62,842 bases of DNA, filler included, from Choristocarpus tenellus KU-1152 (GCA_964200185.2; 10 parts of 10 records of this genome joined end to end with filler, not necessarily neighbours in it), one strand, 5' to 3'. Shown: positions 25,052-38,910, counted from the first letter of the whole stretch. Program-made: numbers and translations. Notes: generated by a model not told the origin, from the sequence alone.

Positions 25052-25958
25052 CTTCAGTTACAAAATTGCAATGTCAACTATTAGCACACACAATACACAA
25101 AAAATAACATAAACATATATTTCACTAAACACAAAATGCGCTCATCTCATCCCTAACCCTGATCCAAGGACACAGCCAATCAGATCATTGGCACCTACCT
25201 AGCTCCTTCAAAATCACATTACATTATCCTAATCCTAAGCCTAACCCAAACTATTTTTTTATCATTATACGTAACAGATGCTACTACACAAACTCAAATC
25301 AAAACTATCCAAAACAATAATAAGAATTGTAACAATAATACTAATAATTCAAGTTACTTCCCAACCTTCTGGATCAAAGTTTATGGGGGGGGGGGGGGGG
25401 GGGGGGGGTTGTGCCTTTGGGGTTTTTTTTTTTTGTTTTTGTTTTTTTGTGTTTTTTTTTCCTTCATTGGATGGATAATGAAAGTGCACTTTTCCTGGTT
25501 TTAGTCCAAACGGATACTCTGGTGTAACCCCCCCCCCCAAATACTTTGGGTCTCTAAGTAAACAATCCTATCATAATATACAAGTTACCAACACAATCTA
25601 TTCAGCATATTAGTACTTTCAAACAATTCCTCACACTTCACACTAGCTATATAAAAATCAAATAAAAGAATGTTTCAAAAATAAAACCAAAACAAATACC
25701 CCACTCCTTGATTCACCTTTCAACACATAGCAACACCACTTAGACAAAAAAAACAAATCACTCAATCACCCAGTCTTATTACCAATCAAATAGGAATAAC
25801 TATGAACAGTATGGTCATAGTATCTGGGGGGGGGGTTCTGAGGGNNNNNNNNNNNNNNNNNNNNNNNNNNNNNNNNNNNNNNNNNNNNTTAATTAATTAA
25901 NNNNNNNNNNNNNNNNNNNNNNNNNNNNNNNNNNNNNNNNNNNNCTGATGTTCGCTCG

Positions 25959-26214
25959 GAGTCAAAGCATCTTAGAGGGTAGAGCCGCGTCCATTTGAGG
26001 GCCAAAATCCAATGTTGCAATTTTGATGTAATTTTGACTGTCGTATTTGTTAGGGAGTGTCAATATCCTTGTTCCAGATATATACATGATACCTACTCCA
26101 AAACGTACACATTCTACCTATTCCGAAACATTTCGGAATGGGAAAATGTCATTAAAAACAACCTTGGGAAGCCAAGCCCCAAACAAAAAAACAGGGCAAA
26201 AGATACTTTCACTC
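25959..26214 (+). mobile_element. MITE family A, near full length
   Basis: Left TIR intact, right TIR partly deleted; TSD CTCG/CTCG. Confidence 0.9.
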
Positions 26215-26884
26215 CTCGCATGAAAGTTACCCATAGAGATGTGGGGGTATACTCCCAAGTCTTGTCAACTTGATCAAAGAAATGAACCTCCATCGGAGGC
26301 GTGAATATGGGAGTAGGTGACCTTCATTCTTTATGAATCTTACAACTACTCTAATTATTACTACTGTTTATTTTGTTATATGTCAACGGTAAGAACAAGA
26401 CATCCATCCAAACACATCTAAAAAAATTCCTGTTTTTCCCAATCGAACTAAATCACAGCAACTAAGACCTCCAAACTCCAAACTTCACACACTAAAAAGA
26501 CGGGACATATCACCATCTTCATCGCCCATTGTTCCAGCATATCGTAGCCAGGAAAATCGTTGATTGTAAGTTCTGGGTTGTGGGGTATTGATTGTGAGTT
26601 GTGGAGATCAAACGTGGCATAGTTAAATCGCGCAGAGAGTTTTTGTGGACAAACCTATGTATTAATCTTGCTGTAATGAAACAGGGTGGAGGTGGAGGTG
26701 GTTAGGAGTGTGTGTTGTCAAGTTCGAGCATCACTATCTCATATTTGGTTGTAACTGCATATTTCCCTGAGACAACAGGATCGAGCGGATCTGCCCGCCA
26801 CTACTGTCGAGTTATAGACGCGTGTGGCATATTGCGTCACTGCATATCTTGCTGACGTGAAAGGAGACACCGGTGGATTCTGCC

Positions 26885-29800
26885 ATGGCTTCTAATGACG
26901 AGAATCAACACCCTTTCCTTCGCATCCTCGGCAAGTGTTCAAAATATGAAGGAATCTCGAACGAGGCTCGAGTATGTGTAGTGTAGTGGATTGCACCATG
27001 GGCAGTTTGGTTTTGAGCTGACGATTCCAATGTCCTTTCCTGCTACAGTGACTGGCGGTGCGGGCTTCCTGGGTTCTCACCTCTGCCGTAGGCTTTTGGA
27101 TCAAGGGCATGAGGTACGTTAAGGACGAGCCTTACTTGTATACAATGGTCTGTTGTTGTTATCGTTTGTCCTTTTGTTCTTACCCTTGGACTTCATCCTT
27201 CCCACCTGTGTACTATTCGCAGGTTATTTGTCTCGACAACTTTTTTACTTCACAAAAGCTCAATATTCAGGTACGCGACTCTGGAGCAATTGTGGTTGCA
27301 AACTCATGTAGGTACTAAAATGCTTTCAGTGTTGCTATTGAACATGATAAATGGGCCAAATTACAGCCCCTCAAGGAGCCATCAGCTCTTTCCCTGTCGA
27401 ACCAAGTACGAACAAGTTGGCAGAGGGGCCTATGGTATGCTGACTGTGAATAGTTACCTCTCAGGTCCCAACTATACCCCCTCGATACACACAATATGGC
27501 CGAATCTCTGTTTGAAAGCGAACAGCATTTGAGCGGTGCATTAGTAGTCTCACTCGATATTCACGCCTTACCAGGCGCTGTGAAGGTCAATAACCATCAT
27601 GTCCCCTCAACATCCTGACCTGCCCTCGCATCCTCAGGATCTCTTCGATCACCCAAACTTCGAGTTCGTGCGACATGACGTCACTGAGCCGTTTCGAGCA
27701 GAGGTTGACCAGATTTACAATTTGGCATGCCCCGCATCACCTGTACACTACCAGTACAATCCCATCAAGACAACCAAGGTGAGTGACCCACCTTAGCAAT
27801 CCGTGGTATCAGTCATCACATGATGTGATATAAATGGTGAAGACACACCATGCCAGGGGACAAGGTTGATATATTCTCACCCTGCAGATGGTTGAGAAAT
27901 CTTCAGGGCATTGTGCAATGTTGGCTTGTTGATGTGATGTACTGATTTCTTTGTTGCGTCTAGTACATACCCTATGTTGACACCAACTGTGATTATTTAG
28001 GCCATTTACCTCATGAACTTTGGGGCAGTTTTCTGAGTTATATTGTCTTCCTTGAGATTCCCTGTTGTGGATAGTTCAATGGAAATAGGAATGGTATGTA
28101 TCAACCTCCTTGGTGATGGTTTTGCTTGTATATACTGTGCAGTTTCCCTATCCCTTGAATACATGGTTACTGAAACATGCAGTGTAGTGTTGTATACGTG
28201 ACATATGAGGCTCTATTGCCGCTACATTGTTTGTCACCTTGTTTTGTTTCCTAATAAGTGTACCTTACATGTCTATGTCTGCAGTGTTTTTTTAATGCAT
28301 CCATGACAAGGTAAATATGTGTGTCAGGGTATTGCTATTGTCATGGACTGCTGTGACCTCCCCCTTGACTACAAGCAATTGCTGTGTAATCCTTGCTCAA
28401 ACAAGCTATGGATCGCACAATATGCGTACGTACTTGCATGTAATGAATGCTTCTCCAGTCGCTGAGTCTTTTCAAGTTCAAGGTTCCACCATCGTAGATT
28501 CAGGTGCATGTGGAACTCATTTACAATCGGGTTGGTCTCTTTTGTTTTCCTTGCTCTACTGTGGTCACCTTCATTTTTGTTTGTGTTCAGGTGTCATTTC
28601 TGGGTGCCATTAACATGCTAGGCCTTGCCAAGCGTGTACGTGCTCGCATCCTCCAGGCTTCAACGAGTGAGGTGGGCCATTCTTCAAAAACTTGTTACGT
28701 TTTTTTTTTTGGCACCGAGAGTAGTAAAAAAAAAAAAGTTCATTTTTGTAAAGACAAGAAACGGATGTACGATTTGCAACGCAATAATATCACCACCGGT
28801 GATGCTGTTGAGTGTTGTTGGTTCTTATCAAAGCTTTGAGTTTTGAAAAATCTGATTGTGTTTAGGATTGCTGATGAAGGTGGAACCCGAGCACCAAGTG
28901 GACGTGACTTTTGACAGAAGAGCCGCACCATGACTGGAGCTGACATGTGTTGGTAGCGATGGCTGCCTATTTTGAATGCCTCTTGACTACCTACCCTCAC
29001 CTCCTCTCCCATCCTGCATGTTTTTTCATGATGCTTGATGATCACAGTAGTAGTAGGAGGAGTAGTAGTTGATGGTAGTGCAAACATTTGGTGTATATTG
29101 GGTCGCCTCAGTCTCTATTTCAGGTTATATAGGGTTAGGGTTTTGAGTCTGTGCATTTTCTCCCCCTTAATTTTTAAAAACATCTTATTATTCTCTGAAG
29201 CAGGGATAGGATTAGGGCTATGCCAAGTGAATATTCTAGTGTGTACTATTTTATGCGTCCTAGTGTACCAAATTTTTTTATTGGACACCGTGCAGTAAGA
29301 TTTCCTTGTCCAATCAATTGCTCAGAATTAACTCATGTCCTGCTTGATTTGTTCGCAGAAGATTTCAAAATAAAAATACGTAGCATGCCATGCGTTTTTT
29401 TTTCTTCTCTTGTTTTTAAATCTTTGTCCAGAGATCAACGAAAGTACATAGGTTGTTATTAGAGTCCAATATAAGTACTTTATAAGTATTTTATAAGTAC
29501 TTTATAAGTACTTTATACAAGGTGCTTTGTACACGGGTCCTTGTGGGCTTTTCATCCTTGTCACTGACATACTCCAGATGGACTAAATGCCCTGACGGTG
29601 CCATTGCCTGTGTACAGAGAGGCGTTTATTGGACATGGTTATGTTCGCATCAAGAGGGCCGTGTGTCTGTGTGAGGAGTCAGGACCCCGTGTAGCATTTA
29701 CACTAGTATGTTGATGCAGTACTGCAATGATTATGGTTGTGTAAGAGCCGGTTCCTTCTACAGGTCATGTCCTGTAGCACCCTGTAGTGCCCGGGAAGCA

Positions 29801-30052
29801 TGCGGGAATAGGTGTGACTGGATTATCAATACTTGATGGTTCTCAACCTACGATGTCCACTGTTGATGGTTCTCAACCTCTCTCTCAAGGAGCATACCTG
29901 AAATTGTTCTGTGCAGTAGTGCCAGTTTTTTTTTTTACTTGTCTCCCTAACTGTATCGGTTGCGCTTTTTTATTTTTGTAAATGGTAGGTCTACGGTGAT
30001 GCACAAGAGAGTCCCCAGATGGAGTCCTACTGGGGAAATGTGAGCTGCACTG
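26885..30052 (+). CDS. UXS1: UDP-glucuronate decarboxylase (UDP-xylose synthase), 5' part
   Basis: ATG at 26885 in gccATGg context. Exons 26885-26930 (GC donor), 27049-27113, 27223-27270, 27638-27778, 28591-28671, 29989-30052. Motifs [69 protein letters not shown]. Confidence 0.96.
29470..29516. repeat. 11-bp tandem repeat (ataagtacttt) x4
   Basis: Directly visible in a UXS intron. Confidence 0.85.
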
Positions 30053-31539
30053 GTGAGTTGAGTAGACAGCCTTGGTGGTGTTGGCAAGTAAGAGTGACCC
30101 TAAGGGGGAGTGCCACTGAGGTATCAGGCGTATTTCCAGAAGCAGTTGTTCATTCGTATAAAAAAATAAATATATTTTTATATTTTTTAGAAGTCTTTTT
30201 ATCTTTTTCTTTTTTTAACAGTGTTGACAAGAATTAAAAAAATGCCTGGCCTCCCCCCCCTTTGCTGTAACTCAGACACTCTCTGCTGTTTTTATTGGTG
30301 GGTTACAGTATATGTGGTGTGCAGGATCATGCTTAGGTACAAGGAGGCTTGCTATCGTCACGATTTGGTCCCGCAATAGTTTGCATTTATAAATGCTATA
30401 TTACTTTTCTGATAGAGTTACAGTAATTGACCACACTTGCATGAACAGTTGATATTTTATCTAACCCCTGTCTTTGTGGAGGTGCCCAACAATTTGAAGC
30501 CTTTTTTGTTGTGGTTGATGCCTCCAGTATTGTGATACAAGCAAGACCGTGAAATGAAGGCTTACTGTCTTGAGTAGCACCATCCACATTATGTGTTAAC
30601 ACTCAGTTACTCAGTTTATTGAATGCAATTGGGCATTGTCCCCCACCTCCCCCTTACAACAAAGGAAAGCAAAAACCTTGTAGTTGATACTATAGGTGAG
30701 AAATGCTGTGGGGTGCAGGTTAGAGATACGTAAGTTCGTAGACACGTGTGGGTGGGTGTTTTGTGTGTTTTGTGTGTCTTTGCTTTTCTCAGGAAATGTG
30801 CTATGATTGAAATGGATTGTACTTGCAGGAGATTCTGACGCTCAGAATATTTGGACCTATACAGAGCATAACAATACACAGAACAAAAGTAACTGGGTCA
30901 AAGTATCTTGGGGGGGGGGGGGGGGGGGGGGGGGGGTGTGGGGGGGGGGGGGCGGTTGGGAGAACTTTTTTTTTTTTTGCTAAGTTAAATAACCCCCAGA
31001 NNNNNNNNNNNNNNNNNNNNNNNNNNNNNNNNNNNNNNNNNNNNTTAATTAATTAANNNNNNNNNNNNNNNNNNNNNNNNNNNNNNNNNNNNNNNNNNNN
31101 CCCAAAAATCGCGACATTAAAAAATTGCCCCCAAATGGACAGCTACCATCCCCTCCCAGATACTTTGACCCAGTGTCCTATCCATTGAGTGCTAGAGAGA
31201 GCTTTGAGCATGTGAGTACCCATGATGAACTTCAACAAAAACGCTTTAATGCCCACGTTCAAAGGGCAGTTTGGTGCAGGGTTATCTTGATATCGATTCC
31301 CTAGCTCACTTCACTCCAGACATCCACCCTGTCGCAGTCAGGTTTTTCCTGGGGGCATGCAAGCAAGAAGATATTTTTTTCTTCACTCTTTTGTTGCTGC
31401 CCGTCTTCACACTACTATGGCACCCTTCTTCAAGACCTGCAGAATCCATGGCAGCTGGTTCCCTCCTACTGCTCATCAGTCTGGGGATAGCAATTGATTC
31501 AACCCAAGGCATGCTGCAATCATGTGAAAGGTCAGAAAC

Positions 31540-31722
31540 GGGTCAAAGTATCTGGGGGGGGAGGGGGGGTGTCGTCGTCCGTTTTTCACCCTTTTTTCGA
31601 TTTTCACTTTTGGTGTGATTTAGTCGCACTTGTCGGATTTGAAATGTCAGCAAAAAAAAGTTGTTTGACCGAAACGGACGCCCCCTCACAAACCACCCCC
31701 ACCCCCCCAGATACTTTGACCC
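31540..31722 (+). mobile_element. MITE family C, complete 183-bp copy
   Basis: TIRs GGGTCAAAGTATCTGGGGGGG / CCCCCCCAGATACTTTGACCC; TSD AAAC/AAAC. The left part is nearly identical to 45592-45668. Confidence 0.93.
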
Positions 31723-31899
31723 AAACGCCAGCAAGATATCCAAAACTAGGGTAGGAAAATATTGAAGATAGATTGTGTGTCACACAAGCTTTTGCTAGCT
31801 CCAAGGTTGAGTTTGTTGTATAAAGTTCCACTCAAATCCTCCGCATCGCCTCACAGTCTATTGATCGCAACAGATAGGGTGAAGGGGGTGAGAAAGGCA

Positions 31900-32600
31900 C
31901 TATTCACTAGGGGTATACAGTCATTCTTTTCACTGGTCCCGATACTCTTGGTATCAACCCCACCAGCAAGGGCAGATCCCACGCCTGATCCCCTGAGTGG
32001 AGATGCCCGAGCCTTAAAGAGTGTGAAGGCTGTAGATGAGCTTCACAATGTTGGCGAAGGCCAAACCTCCTCATCTTGACAATGATTGGACCACACTACA
32101 GGTGGGCTATATCCGCTGTGAATATCATTGAATAGAATGGCAGCTTTGGTGCAGTTTGTTCCAGTGAAACTATGCCAGCTACTTTATCCACGGCACTACA
32201 ACTAAAAAAACAGTATGTTGAAGTGTGTCGTTTATGCCTACAGTTTGATAAAAGGCAAAGGACATAAGAAAACAACACATTAGGTGCAGGTCCCCAATCT
32301 TGTGTTCACATTTGCGCACCTAGCCCTATGAAGATAAAGTTATTCTATATATTGCACCAATGCCTTTGATCGACTACACTGGGTGGATGAACTCATACTT
32401 CATAATTGCTCTGTTGCAGGGCATGTGTGGCGTCCTGTATGGTTCCTGTGTCCTCGTTTTGGTAAAAGGACAGGAGAAGGTGAGGTTGTGGCAGACCTTA
32501 TTGATAGAGCAAATGTGTGCTCGATAGCAAGCAATCCAGATTATTCCACAGTTGTGTACAGGGCAAAAGCCTTGCCAACGTGCTAGCTGTCTACACATGA
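31900..32600 (-). pseudogene. Possible decayed tyrosine recombinase (DIRS/Crypton-type element)
   Basis: Frameshifted peptides in YR order: IACYRAHICSI, FTKTRTQ, HPV...ALVQYIE, and FKARASPLRGSGVGSALAGGVDTKSI (overlapping frame SHSLRLG). Confidence 0.35.
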
Positions 32601-34397
32601 GTTGTGGAAGTTAGGACACCCCTTGCAATGCAATCATTTGTTCATAGAACCCATCATCCTACCTCCTCCTCCCCCAGGCCGTGAGGGACCAGAAAAGTAC
32701 TCTTGTCCCTTCCTTCCAATATATGGATTCCCTTGTGGTACTGTACTACCACGTACTACCATATTATTTTAAGACGATGTTATCGTTGTATTTACTACTG
32801 CAATTGGAATTTATAGGATATATATATTTGTTGTGTTTACCCGTACTGTTAGAATTTATATGGAAGTGGGCGCATATGATGAGAACGACATACTTCAGTG
32901 GGCAGAGAAGAGATCTCCAGCGTGGATAGTGAATTTGGTTTTGTTGAACAGGTACCTCCTACATACCTGCGGTATAGCAAGTCAATTCCACCAGTGCAGT
33001 CCAAACTTTGTCAGGAATTGAGAGCGAGGAAAGTGCGCACAAACGAACGGTTTATATCAATCATATGTATGTATAGACCGCCATCCTGGATTGGGCAAGT
33101 CTTACGAACAAAAGGCAAGTGACAAGTACACTTCATTGCTGCTTGGGCCTACCCTTGCAAGCAATATCTGAAATCGGTACAATGAAGCCCTGGGCCCCTG
33201 GAAAGCACGAAAAGAGTTAATCCAATCCGAAGCTGTTCAGAGTACAAATTGAAGTGTTCCTCTTGGTGTCAGGCCCTACTCCTACAAGATATATTTGAAT
33301 ATATTACATGTTGTACAAGTATAGCCTTTGTGTGGCACACTTATTACTAGGTACACTTGGCAACAAGGCCCCATAACGATGTCTACGCCTTGAATGAGAG
33401 CAGTTTATTATTGTCGTTGGGGGCACTTTTTGGTGGTCAAACTTTTGAATTATGTGGGTTTTTTTCGAAGTGTTTTGGACAATAAATAGGTTGGAACATC
33501 TATCATCCTTTATATCCTCCTTTAAAAAAAGATAAAACAAAATGAGTGAGAACTCTGCTAATATGGTTTGTAAATCATAAACCAGAAACACAAGTGTATA
33601 AGAACTGGTAAAGGACAAAGCAAAGATGAAGAGTACCAACCAGGTGGGTGTTTGAGGTGTTACTGTTGGATGCGTTCTCCAATATTTTTTATGTTAACAA
33701 ATAATTGAGAGTTCGAAGAATTTCGTAGAAAATTCCTAGATTTGGTGTGGTTGGATATGAAATGGGTGAGAATGAACATTATTTAGTAACTTCACAATTG
33801 GAGTGAATTACTATGTGGTATTGTTGTGGTTGATAACATGAACCCCAATAGATGAGAATCCTTATTCAAAAAGATAAGAATGTGGGTCTTGCCTGAAAAC
33901 TAATTCCTATAAAATAAAACAGTAAAAAAACTTGAGTTCGTTTTTGTAATGAAAAGGATGTATTACCAAAACCACTATTGTATCATAATGGAGATGAGAG
34001 ACGTTCAACATTTTCCTTCAACACGCACCACACTAGAATTGAGACAATCCTGTCATAACACCTCTGTAGTCTAGTACGAACTCAACCGAATACCTCTATA
34101 CCACTTTTTTTTGCAGAAGAACTCAGGACTAGAACCAAACATTATAAGGCTACATAAATGTATCACCAATTGGAGGACTGGTAATAATTGAGGTAAGGTT
34201 TAGGTGTAGAGACAATAGGAATATTCACCCTATGCTCTTCTTGGATTTTCAAGGTTTGAGGTGTGCTTCAAAGACTCACAACTGTACCAGATCGCCCAAG
34301 GTAATCCATGTGGGGAATGGCCACTGCATCGTCGAACAAGTTTGTTGCCCTATTGGAGGAACAGTAAGGAGCACACACCCAAATAGTTTTGACATTA

Positions 34398-34650
34398 TAG
34401 TCAAAGCATTTAAGAGGGTAGGAGTTTTTCCCTTTTTGTCCGTTAGGCTTGGCTCCCCACAGCTTTTTATTCCCTTTTCGGTTTTCGAAACATTTCGGAG
34501 TAGGTAAAATATATACGACTATGAAAGGTGTGTCCAGACCAAGGATATTGACACTTGCTAACAACACGATAGCCCAAATGAATCAAAATCGCAATATTGG
34601 AGTTATGACCTTGAACAAACGCGACTCTACCCTCTTAGGTGCTTTGACTC
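34398..34650 (-). mobile_element. MITE family A (divergent subfamily, like 7797), full length
   Basis: Ends (T)AGTCAAAGCATTTAAGAGGGTA...GCTTTGACTC; TSD ATTA/ATTA. Confidence 0.88.
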
Positions 34651-35899
34651 ATTACGGAAAGGCATTGTGCATGTATCTAGTATGAAATATAGGTGTGGAT
34701 AGTAAGTAGTAGTAGTAAGCGCTGATCATTTTGATACAACTTCCCCATTCTGTATTCTCCTCCTGTCATTGGGAAAAGTTTCATCTTGGGTTTTGGTACC
34801 ATAGTATGGTACTTTCACTCTGATACAGCGGGGTGCATACTTTCCCCACCATGAGGCAAAATATAGGTAGCCAGTGGTGTGTTTTGCTTGGTGCAATGAA
34901 TGGATTAGAGATTAATAGTATCGATTTTTCTACTGTTCAACTTGGAGCTAGGACTATTTCCGCATATTTCGCCCCCCCCCCCTTTCCCGCTCATTTTCCT
35001 TCTCTGTTTCCTTCTTGGTATTGATGACACTCCAGTCCACTGTTACCTGGTCAGCAACGAGTGGGAGGATTGACATCGTAAGAACAGGGGCCAAAGAGCG
35101 CATGGGTTATTATTCGTTTTTGTCAACAAACCGAAGAGAAACATCAATTTAGGTTGTTGAAACCTAAAGTTCTAAAGAGGTGATGGTAACTTTGACCGAT
35201 ATTTTGCGGTTAGAGCCATGATGACCGAATCCCTTCACCTATCACTTTACACAGCAAAGTACATGCCGTAACAGACTAAGTATATACTTTGGAGTACTTT
35301 CATAGTGAGGCATTTGAAGTGAGGAAGCATTAAAATTTGGGAACAACCTCTCTACAATTGTGCGGGGGTTGTCAAGTGAGAGCACCTACACTGCTGTGCG
35401 GTAGGTCGTCGCTGCAACCTTGTACTTTTGTGATTTCGTTGTTCACGTCATTGTTTTTCAGGGTGGTGTGCTGATGCTGGATATATTTTGTCTGTATCAT
35501 GGATCATATCTATGCTTTGACAAATCAACATATCATCGATGGTATGTGTCAATCAATCCTTCATTCAACACAGACAGGCAGGCAGATAGCAGGCACCATC
35601 TGGGGTGTGTAGTAGTGTACATCGTATTGTTAAGTCCCAGTTCTACCTCACGGCTGGCAGAGCTAATGTACATGTTTACCAAGCGACATGACAAACTACC
35701 ACCTCGTTGTACTGCTTATTCAGTGAACACGCGGGTCAAAGTATCTGGGNNNNNNNNNNNNNNNNNNNNNNNNNNNNNNNNNNNNNNNNNNNNTTAATTA
35801 ATTAANNNNNNNNNNNNNNNNNNNNNNNNNNNNNNNNNNNNNNNNNNNNGAAGTGTAACTTTACCTGTGTCCTACGCATCTCTCCCCCCCCCCTCCCCT

Positions 35900-38800
35900 G
35901 TTGAAATGCCTCACATCGTCCAGGAAAATACAACCCATCCCATGGCACCTTCTACATTGTTGAGGAGCTTTTTAATATCATGTGAACAAGATAGACGCTG
36001 GGCATCACTAGGTCCTATTGCTGACACCACTATTACCTTACCTTGGTGGCATATATTTTTGAGGGCTAGAAATATTTGGCATGTTCATTTCAAGCTGAGG
36101 TTGACATCGAATTTCAAGGACAGTATAATATCCAGCATCCCTACAAACGCGGTCAGACATAGTGTTCTATCACCATTCTGATGAAGACAGGATGGAACAA
36201 GGGGAGTGAGTTGATTGGTTGTCGGTACAATAGAGACAGCAGAAGGGCCCACAGAGCTTGCACAACTTAAATTGCCTTGCTTGACCCACTTGATCACTTT
36301 TCCTGGATACAGCAGCTCTTCCCAGTCTCTGTGTGCTACTCGTCTTTTTGTTGTGGACTCAACAATGTTCCTGTAGTATACCTGAAGTAGGGAGAGTATG
36401 AAGAAGATTTCCTAATGCCGTAACAGTTTCGGCTGTTGTCGACCTCCTTGAGTAACTCATACACCATACTTGAGGCGAATCACTCCCTCAGTTGGATGGC
36501 ACAGAAATTTTGAGGGATAACATATATTAGAAGCGGTATCATACTCCTCATGAGGATAGAGGTCAATCACATATTACACTTCTAGTCCTTGCTTGTCCTT
36601 TGTGCGAATTGGTCAAGCACAGATCTAAGTTCCAGGTCAATGTTAGCGCAAGCAAGCATCAACATTTGATTACCAATAGGTAACTTTGGGCTGCACTCCT
36701 ACAAAGACAGAACAAGCTGTTTCATAATTTTAGCTTGCCAACACAAATCTAAAGAGATGTATAGATTCTTATATTATTGAAACCGAGTTGAAGTATTACT
36801 AGTTTTGTGAGAAATTATGTCACATCTTGTCAGCCACCACTTTGATCAGAAAGAGGATTTGATAATGCACTTGGGGGCATCCCATATCCATGAGGACCTG
36901 CTGAAGCTGAGAGACGTCCAGGACAGAATTCATTCTCGTCATTGGATACTTGAAAAAAATAGTGGAAGAGCTTGACTTGTGGGCCCCACTGATAGGAAAG
37001 TTGAAATATTGGATGTGTCGAGTAACTTTGAAATAATTGAAGACAAGCCACACAATTCTACAATGCACCCATGTAACCCCCCCCGACATTTGAGTTAGAT
37101 TGTCCCAAAGCGCATTTGTAATGCCGAGGTTCATATTGATAAGTATACTCTTTCAATATTTAGGGAGTTAACCCTATTGGTTCATTCAATGTGACATTCA
37201 CATTATTGTAAGTGCTATTTTTCTTGCCGTTGTGAGAAGTTGGTATATGCAGAGTCTCCCTTAATTTTTTTACCTTTCAGAGATGCAAAAACAACTACAA
37301 ATCATAGAAGGTGTAGACCAGGTTTTGAATCAATCTGTTCGTACAAATGATCATGTACGCATTTGTATGAAGAAAAAAGTAGCCAGTCTCGATTGCCCGC
37401 CCAACTTCACACACATATAAACATGTACTCTGAAGTACTCGAAGTATGTGTCTACTCGGAGTATTTCCCCTATATTCAACACACCAATGCCCCAAAGTGT
37501 AACAAAATTCACTGTTAGTATGGATTACATTGTGGCAAATTAAATTTGTATGCAAAACTTAAGTGGCTAGACTCATCTCGTGCTATGTGATCGTGGACAG
37601 GTTGGTCAAACCTACACGAAACTACTTGGGAAACTCCGCGATTTGTCGGAGGGGTGTCTTAGAGCCAACAGGACCGAAATGCAGTGTCAAGTGTGCACTT
37701 CTTCGATCGAAGTCTGTGCTACGATCATAACCCAGAGAATTGTGCTACTGCACTAACTACTACTTCGAAGTACAGTTGATATTTTGGATGATTGGAACCT
37801 CAGAGACACAAAAGCGAAGTTTGGTTGAGGGCGCTTGGTTCACAATTTTTGGGTTCAGCTTCTATCACAAGTTTATTCTATTCCTGGTGAAAAACTCAAG
37901 GCAGTCATGCGAGAGTAAGTTTTCTCGATAATGCATACTCTCTTCCTAAGCTTCCCTATAAATCCATCCAAGTCTCCCTCCAAGAGGCACTTATTAGTGC
38001 AGGTTGGGTGGTTGTTCAGGGATAGTTACATAAACCAGAGGTACATTTTGTCCTTTCTGACGATGAATGTTTTGAATGAGAGCAAAGAGAGATGGTCTAT
38101 CTTGGATAGTAGGGACATCCTCTCTGACTTCAAGCATACAATAAGTTTCCTCGACGAGGAGTGACCCTTTCGACTACTGAGGTTATGGGATTTATTTTGT
38201 TTTTTTGTTTGTGCGTTGTTCCTTCAAATATATCGTTTACAAGTTTAGCAACAAGGTTCAAGCGGAGACAACCTACATGAACCAATGTAGGCCCTCAGCC
38301 TCCTGACATCTTTCCACATTCTTTGAGGATATTTGTCTTGTCTGTAGTAGCACCTCAGGTGAGAGGAGACCTCATGGTCGGGCACATCAGCTCTTTTCCA
38401 TAGTCAACACACACTCTATTTGCCGTGTCTTTCCTGAGGTATTTGTACGCGTGTTGAAGCAAAGAGGTCAACTCATCATCTATATACGCTCATCACGTGT
38501 CTTTCATACACTTCCAGCAAGTACGCAGAATATCTAGTATACGCTAGCAATCTACTTCGCTCAATGGTTTGCTTGACTTGTTACAAGCAGGTCGTCTGTG
38601 ATGATAGACCTTGGTGAGCTCAATAATACATGTGGATATTTGCCCACTCTTCGCCGATTATGGTATCTTGATGGTGGAACTGACCCTTGAATTCTGTTTT
38701 ATTTATTGCTCATTATCTCGTCTCTATGGACTCGACTAATGAATCCATCTCTTTCTGAAACACTTAAATATATTATTTCTTTTTGCTCTCTCTTCTGCAT

Positions 38801-38910
38801 TGCCCTCCTGACGACAGGTTCTAGAAAGCTCTATACGTTGCTTTCCTTCTCGGAAAATGCCTGCCAATTGCTTGTCTTTTTTTCAGCACCACTACACCTT
38901 ACCTCAAATT
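35900..38910 (-). pseudogene. About 3-kb decayed intronless coding remnant (transposase-like or viral; unidentified)
   Basis: Successive protein-like minus-strand segments broken by stops and frameshifts, with no microsatellites or splice pattern. Includes CKLCGPFCCLYCTD. Confidence 0.35.
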
